A DNA stretch of 64,000 bases from Azolla caroliniana (lineage: Eukaryota > Plantae > Polypodiophyta), in the NCBI GenBank assembly GCA_043228905.1, contig JBHGNT010000001.1, positions 16,492,001 to 16,556,000 on the forward strand, read 5' to 3'. This document shows, piece by piece, positions 23,347 to 34,426 of the stretch. The notes beneath the pieces are model-generated. The model made no database searches. It had not been told where the DNA came from and worked only from the letters and a program-made list of their open reading frames with translations. The first letter of the stretch is position 1; each line of letters begins with the position of its first letter. The position numbers were made by a program, and so were the translations under genes.

Positions 23347-25459
23347 AGGGGGAGTTTGTTGGGATTTCGGTCCCTCCGGATGGGATGTCCGGAGATGAAT
23401 GACGGCAAGCCCGGAGGCTGTTACGGAACCGTAGGATGAAGAGTACCCGGCATGAAGCCGGATGAAGAGTACCAGGTTACGGAGCCGGATGATGAAGACC
23501 CCGGCTACGGAGCCGGATGCTGAAGACCCCGGCTACGGAGCCGGATGATGAAGACCCCGGCTACGGAGCCGGATGACGAATGTACCCGGAGAGAGAGATC
23601 CGGATGCGGGGACATATTTGTGAATATGTTTGCCAAGAGCCCTTGAGGTTATATTTGTAAATAGCCCGAAAGTCATATGTGTATAAATATGACTTAGGGC
23701 AAACAGTTGATGTTGTTGCTTAATTTTCATGCGAAGTGAGAGCAGCCGAGAGAGAGAGAGAGAGAGAGACGAAGAGGTCGTTGCCTCTGTGTATTGCCGC
23801 CGCCTGTGGCGAAGACAGTGAGCTCAAGGTTGTTGCCTTGTAGCTTCACCAGTGTACATCCCTGTTCATAGTGATAGTTGGAGTTTGAGGCTCCCGTGGT
23901 TTTTCCCATTTAGGGTTTTCCACGTAAAACATCCAGTGTACCTTTCTCTCTATTGTCTTTCGTGCATTGTTGTATTTCCCGTTTTCTGTGAATCGATCCT
24001 GTTCCTCGGTTGTGGCCGAGCACGGAATTTCAATAACTACACAGAAGAAGAAGAAGAAGAAACAGAGGGGAGAAAGAGAAAACAAGATGAGCATGAACTA
24101 AGACAAATAGACAGAGATCAAATAGATTGGAAGAGGATGAAGAGGAAGATAGAAGCCTTTCTCTTGAAGAGAAGAAAGCTAACGAATCGCAAGAAGGCGG
24201 GAAGAAGAGAAAGATGCAGACAACGGCAAGAGAGAAACGTAAGAAGCAGGAAAAGGACAAACTGAACAAAGAAGGAAAGGAAAAAGACCTAATGCAAATT
24301 AATAAATAAATAAATAAAATAGGAAAAAGAGAGGGAAAAGGAGGACAATAAGGAGCATTTAAGGAATTTTAAAAATCAAAGGGCACCTACAGAATTTCGA
24401 AAACTCATTAACCTAAAAGAAATGAACGTGATCCACACACAACTCACAAAATACAAAGAAGAACACACATACATACAACGGTTTTTTTGATGACCCGAAT
24501 GATGTCACCGAAGTTTGTAAGCCGACAGAATGAGAATGTTTGTGTCGCGGACGATTTGCTGACGGACAAAGATGTTCGAGTCAAGCATTCCGATCGAGGG
24601 AGTCGATCGTTGAAAGGACCGATGGAAGTTTCGGTCGAAGAAATATCATCATCAAGGCATGTGGGATTGACGTGCAAGGCACTTTCCCACGGGCGTGCCA
24701 TATTGTGTTACCCATTATAGGGAGCAGGAGGCGGACACGGTTTGGATCATCAAGCAGTTGAAGGAAGAGTGACAAGCCGCAGAAAATAAATCACAGATGG
24801 GAGCTGAACGGATCCAGTGCATCCTCTGGTCATGGCTCACTAAGACCAAAAGCTTGATTGATGACAGCTCTATGCGTTGGTGGGAAAAATGGGCGCAGAA
24901 TACCGCGGAACTCCAATTGCTTAGGGCGAACGTTGAAAACCGGCGAAAGGAGGGTGACGACTAATATATGCTGACCTCGGAGGACTTCACCACCATCAAG
25001 GATGAGCTGGCGGAAGATTTCACAGCCCTGGCGGATGAACAATTGGTGTAGGTCCGGTAGCTCGCTCGTAGCTCAACTGGACGATGATTGGTTGGAGGCT
25101 CAAATCCAGTTCGAAAGCTATGAGCGGTCCCGGCTCCGAGAAGAAAAAGCGCGAAAGATAGCAACGGTCAACCTTAGTGATGAGGAACCATCGCCGGTGC
25201 AAAGAACGGAGGGGGAATAGGCCGGGGTCAGTCAGCCACAGACAACTCTGACGAACCAACGACAGAAACGTCGGTGTCAGAGTGACAAACGGAGCCACAG
25301 CCACAAACAGAACAACAACAGCAACCACAACAGCAACAACAGATTCTCGACGAGCCATTGGAAATTTTGGAGCAAAGCATTCTGGACATTTTGGACGAAG
25401 CGTAAAAGGGCCGGATAGTGGGTTCAACGTACAAGGCACTGTCCCACAGGCGTGCCATG

Positions 25460-25916
25460 TGTTACCGTCCGGCAAAGAAGGCTTAAGGAGGTCCAAACCA
25501 GAGTGTGAAAGGAATAGTTATTCGGGAACTGTGGTAATTAGTAGTCTTAATATATACATATTATTATATAAAAAGATGTGGACGGATGGACCGGAATCGG
25601 TATGCCGATCCGGATCCGGAATGATTCCGTAAAGGTGCCGGTTGGCACCGTTTTGTATTTCACACCGGAAACCTATATAAAGGCCCGATTACAATGTAAT
25701 CAAGGACGGATAATTAATAAAGTTTATTGTCTTAATCTTCCAGTGTTGATTACCGTTCTATATTCATTGTTATATCTTACGCGTGTTAATTACGGATGGC
25801 TAAGTAATCGATTAAGGTCTAAGTAAGCGTTGTGACGTAAGTCATTCTGCCGTACCACCCTTTGGTGATGTGTCTTAAGTGGACACCTTGTGTTAGGCTG
25901 TTGTTCGGCCCTAGCA
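25460..25916 (+). repeat. LTR of D (inferred 3' LTR)
   Basis: tgttacc...ctagca termini, cctatataaagg near 25672, homology to 34035-34426. Copia-B integrase begins right after it. Confidence 0.8.
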
Positions 25917-26726
25917 ATAATAGATGGTCCAGTACATTCCATTGATGTGGAACTTTGTTGTCCAACATTCCTTCCATCTCCGTGGTTATCTCCTACATTT
26001 TCAGATTTTTTCTCTGTTTTCATTTTCACAGTTTTCATCAGTTTTGACATTCTGTTTTGGGATGTACCATTTGCCCAACTCATCAAATATCACATCCCGA
26101 CTTACCACAATCTTTTTTTTCACATGGTTATAGCATCTATACCCTTTTTGCTCCTCTGAATATCCAACAAAAACACATTTTTCAGCCTTTGGATCCAGCT
26201 TACTTCTCACTTTAGCAGGTACATGAACATAAACAAGGCATCCAAATAGTTTTAAGTGTCCTGAGCTAGGTTTCCTTCCATAGAAACATTCTTTAGGAGT
26301 TACTTCATGTACCCTAGATGTTATACATCTATTTAGAATATAATTAGTTGTGTTTACATCTTATGCCCAGTAATACCATGGCATATATTTTTCAGTCATC
26401 ATAGCCCTTGCTATGTTCACCAAAGTTCTGGTTTTTCTTTCAGCAACTCCATTTTGTTATGGAGTATATCTACATGTGAATTGTCTTCTTATTTCTTGAT
26501 TGCATAAAAAAAAAAGAATTCATTGGAGAAATATTCTCCTCCATCAGATCTTAGACATTTTATTCTTGTTCTGGCTTGTTTTTCTACCATACCTTTGAAC
26601 TTCCGGAAGCAATTAAATATTTCACTTTTTTCTTTCATGAAGTACACCCATGTTTTCCTTGAGCAATCATCAATAAATGTTACATAAAATGTGCAGCTAC
26701 CAATAGATGCATTTTTTGTTGGTCCC
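25917..26726 (-). pseudogene. Inverted Copia-B integrase core and SH3 region
   Basis: The minus strand reads PTKNASIGSCTFYVTFIDD, continuing HTDVWG at 12082, and later RSKLDPKAEKCVFVGY (ORF 26001-26210). Confidence 0.92.
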
Positions 26727-29700
26727 TGTCAGGAACAGTACTGAGACAGAGAAGGAATTAGTACTAAACGAAGGATTAGTACTATGAGAGGTGTAGAACT
26801 TCTTCGAGAGAAGGAAGGAGTGAGCGAGACGGGGAGAGAGAGAGAGAGATCTCGAGAGAGAGAGTGAGTGATGATAAGAAAGATATGTATTATATGAAGA
26901 GAATATACAATGGTGGCTAAAAGGCTTAAGACTGGCGTTGAACCAATTTGGTTCAACATAATGCCTAGTGCCCTCTTTTATAGTCTTTTCAGGAGTAATC
27001 CTGAAGCTTCTAGAATGTTCCAGAGAAATCTGGAATATACACTAATTTCCTATAATAAAATGTAAATGAAAATAATATCCTACATATTACAATAGATGGT
27101 CTAATGGTCAAGAGCTTGACCCATATAACCTAAGGTCATGGGTTCGAGTCTTGCCATATCATGACACTATCCCCCCTTTAAAATGACGAGTGTCACGAGT
27201 CGTCTTGGATTGAGGACCCGGTTTGTGTGGATATTGATGATGGAAGTCTTCAAGAAGAGCACGAGCATTGGTCACATTCTCGATCGGTTCCCAAGTACGT
27301 TCGTTGGGACTATAGCCTAGCCAATCGACTAGATAGTAGAGCTTGTTGCGAACAATCTTGGAATCAAGGATGGCGGCAACCTCGTACTTCGGCCCATCTT
27401 CAAGCTCGATGGGGGGTGGAGGTTGGATAAGACGTCTTGGGATGGTGCTCTCGTGGTAGGGTTCGAGGAGAGAACTATGAAACACCGGATGTATCCGAAG
27501 TTGAGGAGGTAGATCGAGACGAAAAGCGACATCATTAATCTGTCCAATAATACGGAAAGGACCTAATCGCCGATAATCCAACTTCTCACATGGGCGAGTA
27601 GTCTTGATGTGTCGTCGTAGCAGCCACACCCAATCTCCAATATTAAAACTGGATGGAAGTCGATGACGATCCGGGTAGACCTTGTGTGTTTGTTGAGCTT
27701 GCTGGAGATGAGTAGATAAATCCCCTTGTATCTTGCGTAACCGCTCCAACCGATCCTCCGCGCAAGGATTTGTGGACACCTCTGGGGTTTCAAGTACACT
27801 CCACCGGGGGTGACATCCCGTATAAGCATAAAAAACTTTAGTGGATGCGTGGATAGAGTTGTTATAGGCAAATTCGGCGAAGTGGAGAATATCTGCCCAG
27901 TCGTCCTGATGATAACTGAGAAAGCACCGCAGATACTGCTCTAGCGTTTGATTTGTTCGTTCAGTTTGGCCGTCGAATTGTGGGTGGTAGCCGAAGGAGA
28001 GGTTACAAGAGACCTTGAGCATGTTAAAAAGGTGCTTCCAGAATTTTGACATGAACTAGGGTCCACGGTCGTTGATGATACTATTGGGAAGTCCATGATG
28101 CCGACATACTTCATGCATGACAATTTCGGCAGTGTCTTCATTGGAGATCTCCTTAGTACATGGCAAGAAATGAGCCATCTTCGTGTATCGATCGACCACC
28201 GTTAGAATCACATTGACCCCCTTAGAGACTGGAAGATCTGTGATGAAGTCTAGAGCAATGGATTGCCATGGCTTGCTTGGAATTGGTAATGGCATTTTCG
28301 CTCTGCAACATGTATCACAAGTCCGAACAAAATCCTCGACAAATTGTCGCATACAGGGCCACCAGAATGATCGTTGTACTAAATGTAATGTTTTAGTACT
28401 ACCAAAATGCCCAGTTGTATATGTGTCATGGCAGTTTTGAACTACTCGAAGGCGGCAAGAACCATTAGGAACATACAAAAGTTCTTTAAAGAAGAGTAAT
28501 CCATCATGGTATTTGAATTGCCGATAGTTCGTACCTGGTAGTTGCGACTGTGAACACGACGCTCGAGAGGGATCAATTTGTGCTAGTATAGCTTGGGCGA
28601 ACGCATCTGTCTTCAAGTCTTCACGTATGGTATCGATAACGCGGGAATCCATGGGCATGTCAAAAATCTATGTTACTTGTAGTCGTGCCGGTCCCAAGGT
28701 GACTTGTTTTTGGTTATCGAAAGCTAGCTCGCCGGGACGGGGTGCTAGATACGAACGTCGTGATAATGCATCTGCCTTCCCTTAGTGCTTCCCCAGACAA
28801 TATGTAATTTTGAAGTCGAAACGCGTCAGGAAGTGGGCCCACCGAGCTTGACGTCGATTTAACACACGAGCATCTTGAAAGTAGGCAAGATTCTTGTGAT
28901 CACTAAATACGGTGACTGGATGAGAGGATCCCTCCAGAAAATGCCTCCATTGCATAAAAGAATCCACTATTGCCAATAGCTCCTTATCATGAATTTCGTA
29001 GTTAATTTCGGCGGCGTCAAACTTGCGTGAGTGAAAAGCCACAAGATGTAGCTTCTCATCATTCCCCTGTTGTGACAGAATGCTCCCCAATGCAAAATCT
29101 GATGCGTCAGCTTCGATAATGAATGCTTTTTCCGGATCGACATGAGCTAGAATTGGAGCCGATGTAAATGCCTTTTTAAGACTCTCGAAAGCCATGTCCG
29201 TTTCTTCAGACCATATGAACGGTTGTCCCTTCCTGGTAAGTTGTGTGAGAGGTAGAACGATCTTTGAGTAATCTTGTATGAACTTCTGGTAAAAATTGGC
29301 AAAGCCTAGGAAGCATTGCACATCCCGCACCGAACGCGGAGTCTGCCATTCTACCACTGTTTTGACTTGAGTTGGGTCCATGGAGATGCCTTCTGAAGAA
29401 ATGATGTAGCCGAGAAATTCCACTTGGTTGCACCCGAAACTACATTTTTACAGCTTTGCATACACACCATGTTCTCGAAGTCGTTTTAGTACTAATAGTA
29501 CATGTGAATCATGTTCTTCTTGGGTCTTTGAATAAACCAGTAGATCATCCAAATAGATGATCAAACAATCATCCAATAGAACTCGGAATATATCATTAGC
29601 CATGTGCTAGAAGACTGCCGGCGCATTAGTGAGGCCGAACGGCATGACGGTATACTCGAAGTGCCCATATCTGGTGCGAAACGCGGTCTTCCATTCGTCT

Positions 29701-32346
29701 CCTGGTCGGATCCGTACGAGGTTATATGCTCCCCGTAAGTCGACCTTCGTGAAGAACCTGGCACCATTGATCCGTTCTAAAAGACTTGAGATAAGGGGAA
29801 GAGCATATTCCTGATTGTAACCTTATTCAAGCCACGGTAATCTACAACGAGACAAAGCGATCCATCATTTTTCTTGACGAAGAAAATGGGCGCGCCGGCT
29901 GGAGATTTCGAATGTCGAATGAAACCATTTTCCAAATTCTCCTTGATATAGGCCCGAAGGATTTCCAGCTCGGTTGGTGACAAATTGTAGATCGGTCCCC
30001 ATGGCGGCTCTTTTCCCGGTTGTAAATCGATGGGGCAATCGATGTGGTGGCTTGTACTTTATCGAACACATCGGCGTAATGACGATACTTCTCGGGAAGT
30101 TGAACGGTGGATTCTTCTTTAGTGGTGCTGGAGGGGTTTACTGATATTGCAAAGAGGAACATTTCCTCCTCGCGCCCTTCTTTACGCAACTGATGTAGCG
30201 AAATGGTTGCCATCTTCTGAGTTGACCCTTGGGTTTGTCGACACCGGATTTCTCTTGTTCTCCAATCTATGTCTGGGTTATGTAACTCGAACCACGGTAA
30301 TCCTAAAACTATAGGATGTTTTGGGATACTAATAATATTAAATGATACTACACATGCTAAGTTATCTAGGACAATATTAATGGACTCTGACTCTTCTATG
30401 ATATTTCCGGAAGCAATGGGACGTCCATCAATGACTACTATAGAGGCTGGACACTGGAATTTTCTTAGGGATATCTTATGAGCTTGAGCAAATTTCTTAT
30501 CCATAAAGCAAGAGTTAGCTCCGGAATCTAGGAGTGCTAGGACATGTACTGGAGGGGTACTTTTAGTACTAACTATTACTTGGGCTACGAACACATCACT
30601 AACTTGCTTAGAGGGAATGGAACCACTAATGGGCTGCACAGATCTAGTGCTGTCCAACCAAACGGCTCCTATTTTGGCTCGACTTAGTTGTTTAACTCTT
30701 CTTCTAACTGACTAAGGACATCAAATTTGTTCGCTAGATCTGGGCTATTAGTACTATTAAGACTATCAGATATTCCTACTGAAATAGGCTCGGGTTTAGT
30801 ACAATTAGAACTAGAGACTATTTGGTTTACCTGTCTTCGAGGCCTATGGGGGCAATTTATGGCGATATGTCCTGGTCCACCGCAGTAAAGCCATAGTCGA
30901 TTTGTACGGCGTCGCTGCTTTTCTTCTTCGTATAATGGCCCTCGACGACGTGTAGGGTCAATCTCCATCGGAGTCGGAGTATTCGCTGGAGGCGCATTAT
31001 ATGACTCCCTCGGAAAAGGTCTTGCTACCACTGAGGCGTAGGTGGGCTCTGATCTTGGCTTCGGCATCTGTAGCTATCTTTCCAAACGTCGCTCAAAGAG
31101 GCGGTTGTCACATCTCACCGCGCAAATGATTGCTTCTGTTAAGGACTTTGACTCTTCGGGGAAGCTCAAGAGTAAATCCTTGACGTCGTTGCGTAAACCA
31201 TAATGGAATTGCTCCATCAATGCTTGATCATCCCAAGGGATATCGGCGGCGAGTAGGCAAAAATCTGCAGCGTATGCGGAGGCTGGACGGTCACCTTGGC
31301 GTAATCGCCGAATTTTGTTGATTGCGGTCCTGATGCTGTCAGTATCTCCGAAACATGCTTTAAACTCACCTAGAAACTCTTCAAAATTGTTGAGTAACGG
31401 AGATTCCTTTTCTAATAGTGGAGGGAACCATGACAACGCTGAGCCACTTAACAAAGTGCCTACTAAACCCACTCGTGATGCATCGGTGGGATATCGGGAA
31501 GGATGCATTTGGATAAATAATTGTACCTGGTTAAGGAACCCTCTAAACTGCGATCATGTTCCATCGAACTTCGTGGGAAGGCCAATCTTGGGTTCTTTAT
31601 GAATTCCTTGTGTTCCAGGCCCTTGTTGTTGCATTGCTACGATGGTTGCTTCGAGTTGTTGCACGCGTAATGCAAGTTCCCCATGTTGTTGTTGCGTTTG
31701 CTGCTTTTCTAAGGAGATTTGCTGAAGATCCCCCAGCAATCGTTGGTTTTCTTGTTCCAAAGCATGGAACTTCTCTTTCAAGCATTGAAATTCTGAGAAA
31801 ACAGATTGATATTCTTCAGTGCTAACAGTGGCCATGGGATGAAAGAAAAGAGGAATAAGAGATTAGTAGGAAATGAGAGAGATAGAAGGTAGAGAAATTG
31901 GTTCAAACTGTCTGGAACAGTACTGAGACAGAGAAGGAATTAGTACTAAACGAAGGATTAGTACTATGAGAGGTGTAGAACTTCGGAGAGAGAAGGAAGG
32001 AGTGAGCGAGACGGGGGGAGAGAGAGAGAGAGAGCGAGAGAGAGTGAGTGATGATAAGAAAGATATGTATTATATGAAGAAAATATACAATGGTGGCTAA
32101 AAGGCTTAAGACTGGCGTTGAACCAATTTGGTTCAACATAATGCCTAGTGCCCTCTTTTATAGTGTTTTCAGGAGTAATCCTGAAGCTTCTAGAATGTTC
32201 CAGAGAAATCTGGAATATACACTAATTTCCTATAATAAAATGTAAATGAAAATAATATGCTACGTACTACAATAGATGGTCTAATGGTCAAGAGCTCGAC
32301 CCATATAACCTAAGGTCATGGGTTCGAGTCTTGCCATATCATGACA
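26727..32346 (-). mobile_element. C2: chromovirus closely related to C1, opposite orientation, degenerate
   Basis: LTRs 26727-27166 and 31909-32346, self-priming-type PBS 31895-31908, ORFs 31554-31835, 31074-31508, 30684-31067, 29842-30657, 28782-29423, 28056-28658 and 27159-28052 (chromodomain). Confidence 0.95.
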
Positions 32347-32789
32347 GTAGCAAGAAACAAGATACTGTTGTATTGTCAAGTACTAAAGCTGAGTATAAAG
32401 GAGCTGCGATAGCTACTTGTGAAGAGGTATAGATTAGAAGATTTCTTTTTGATTTGGGAGAATATATAGATGGTGTTGTCACAATTTCGTGTGACAATAT
32501 GAGCAGCATTCAACTGGCAAACAACCTAGTGTTCCATGCAAGAACAAAGCACATCGAAGTGCATTATCACTTTGTTAGAGAAAAAGTGATTGATGGAGAA
32601 GTGGATCTGTTGTATGTAAGTACAAATAAGCAAGTGGCTGATATTCTTACGAAGGGATTGAGCATGGAAAAACATACACAGTTTACAGACATGATGGGAG
32701 TTATAACCATCGGCATGGTAGCTGAAAAGCATGAAGAAAAGAAGATTGAACATGATCCAAAGAAAGGATAAGTTGAGCTTGGGGGGGAG

Positions 32790-33236
32790 TGTTGAGAAGC
32801 AAGCTCAACAAAGGTATGTGATGCTTATTGAGAAATAAGCTATAGTAGCTATTAACTAATTAGCTACTAGTGGACATAAAGGTGAAACAACTATTTAGCT
32901 ACTGACAACTATTTAGCTACTGACAACTATTTAGCTACTGACAACTAATTAGCTACTGGCAACTAATTAGCTGCATATGTAAGTCTCTTATAACTTAGGT
33001 AAAATAGTAAGTGTAGTAAGTAGTAAGGAGAATAGAGAGAGTAGTGCAGAGAGAGTAAGAACAAAAAAACAGAAAACAGACGAGAGCGAGTTGAGCTCTA
33101 CGTGTAATGAAGTAGAAGCTTTTTGGACTATGCAGAGGTAAGCCTCCTTCCCTTTCCCTTTTTGTCTTGAGCACTGAACGATCCAGTACATCATGATCCG
33201 CTGTGCACACAAAAGAGCCGTAGCACCTTCGTAACA
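32790..33236 (+). repeat. Copia-B 3' LTR with an expanded 18-bp repeat
   Basis: Direct repeat of 9932-10342 but 36 bp longer. gacaactatttagctact-type units at ~32887-32975. Confidence 0.95.
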
Positions 33237-34017
33237 CGCCGGTTCCTCTAATGTCATGCCGAATTCTGCAATTTTTGACCGTTTGGCTTCCAGTTCTGTT
33301 AGCCTTTGGGACACATGATTGACTTCCCATGTTTGTAGGAACGCATAGACGTGCGCCTCCACGTCAGGGTCATCACGGTACTTCGGATACGGGTATGGCA
33401 TGGTGCAGTCATCAAAAGGTTGTACCGGAGATGTGTGGTCTTGTTCTTGCTCTGCAGGTGGTGTTGGTGTGTGGTTTTCCGCTTTCTCCGTGGGTGGTGT
33501 TGATGTGCGTTCTCTTACTTTCTCCATGGTTGGTGTCAGTGTGCTTTTGGTCTTGTTTGGAGATTGCCGCTCTCCGGATACCAAGGGTAATTCCTCCGTT
33601 GGTTCTTGTGTCGATGAGCTGTCCGATTCATCATCCTCCGGATCGTCCGGAGTATCGTGGCTGCTTTTGTAATTCAACTGAACGCTCTATTCACTATCTG
33701 ATTCTGACTCCAAGGCCGAGAATGCCTTCGAGTCTCCGTTGCCTTTGGCAAGCGTCCGTAGTCTCGATTCTGCCTTTTGCAGACTCATCAGGCTATTGCC
33801 CTCGTCGGAAAGTTGTTGTTTTCGGAACCGAAGTGCTTCTTCCGCGACCCTCCGAAGCACTCTAGGAAAAGACCGATCCTGTCAGATCACCTCGGCCGCT
33901 TGTTGGAAGGTTTCCCACCTTTGATGTCTTTCGGCTAGTCTTCTTCCTCGTTCGGTGAATTGGTCGTTAGTTGGTCGAGAAATCCATCCCACGGTGTTCT
34001 CTGCTCATTGTAGGAAT

Positions 34018-34028
34018 TGTGGTCGCCA
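34018..34028 (-). promoter_or_regulatory. PBS of Gypsy-A (tggcgaccaca), tRNA-Arg type
   Basis: Lies 6 nt downstream of the 5' LTR end. Matches the recalled 3' end of plant tRNA-Arg(UCG), UGUGGUCGCCA. Confidence 0.65.
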
Positions 34029-34034
34029 AATTAG

Positions 34035-34426
34035 TGTTGATCCTTGGCCGGACTAGCCACAACACAAGGTGTCCTCTTTCGGAACACTTCTCCAAAGGGG
34101 TGGTAAGGTTAGGATGTTTTGTAATTCACACACGTAAGATCTTAATATTAACCACAGATGGCAAGTAAGCAAGCATTAATTAATCAATATATGTAATGTG
34201 CCATTACTTCTGTAAGCATTACATCGGGTCAGATCCTTCTATAGGAATCCGGTGTCATTACAAAACAGGGCCCTATCGGCAACCGGCTACGAATCTGTTC
34301 AGATCCGGATCCGTGCAGCTATACTGGATCCATCCCTCCGAATACTAATTCTATTTATTTCTAAATATATATATTCCTTCAACTCACCCTTTACCCACTT
34401 ATCCTTTGGCCCTTAACCGGCCAACA
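34035..34426 (-). repeat. Gypsy-A 5' LTR
   Basis: tgttg...caaca termini, followed by PBS and gag on the minus strand. It interrupts the C3 3' LTR 42 bp from that LTR's start. Confidence 0.85.

Larger units (their letters stand above)
18560..24035 (+). mobile_element. E: intact, very young Ty1/copia element (Tork/Tnt1-like)
   Basis: 679-bp LTRs at 18560-19238 and 23357-24035, with no difference seen by eye. TSD actac (18555-18559 and 24036-24040), PBS tggtatcagagc (19242-19253), PPT gaagggggag (23345-23354), single uninterrupted ORF. Confidence 0.98.
17750..25916 (+). mobile_element. D: 3' remnant of a Gypsy-A-related element (long non-coding 3' region + 3' LTR), host of E
   Basis: LTR 25460-25916 is collinear with the Gypsy-A 5' LTR in element sense (gatccggatc, gttttgta..caccgga..cctata, atcttacg.gtgt.aattac, taccaccc.tttgg, ggacaccttgtgtt). 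The left junction with Copia-B RNase H is approximate and no TSD is recoverable. Confidence 0.65.
9932..33236 (+). mobile_element. Copia-B: degenerate Ty1/copia with both LTRs; central part inverted and RT deleted; host to C1, C2, D and E
   Basis: TSD cgccg (9927-9931 and 33237-33241), PBS tggtatcaaagc (10343-10354), gag/PR/INT at 10470-12082, inverted INT at 25917-26726, inverted RNase H piece at 17701-~17750, RNase H at 32347-32771, PPT gggggggag (32781-32789). Confidence 0.95.
3348..34426 (-). mobile_element. Gypsy-A: degenerate non-chromovirus Ty3/gypsy element split by several insertions (3' end outside the window)
   Basis: Read on the minus strand: 5' LTR 34426-34035, PBS, gag N-term 33677-33242, [Copia-B], gag 9931-9330, [solo-3], gag C-term with CCHC (CYYCRKDGRYSNQC), protease ~7600-7325, RT 7000-6300, RNase H 6273-5779, integrase 5728-3348 split by solo-2 and solo-1. 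The gag peptide joins across Copia-B (..FGMTLEEPA|THWHAKH..). Confidence 0.9.

Noticed and set aside
19153-23408. Many antisense or alternate-frame ORFs over E and F (e.g. 19153-19704, 21519-22088, 22557-23069)
   Set aside because: They are shadows of a GC-rich ORF, and their sharing between E and F follows from high DNA identity.
25418-25457. Full tRNA-Arg gene upstream of the D LTR
   Set aside because: Only the T-stem and acceptor 3' strand resemble tRNA, the loop is enlarged and the 5' half is absent. It is kept as a primer-site finding instead.
32887-32975. 18-bp repeat difference between the Copia-B LTRs, and (CT)n/(GA)n tracts in many LTRs
   Set aside because: Ordinary slippage in LTR tandem repeats.
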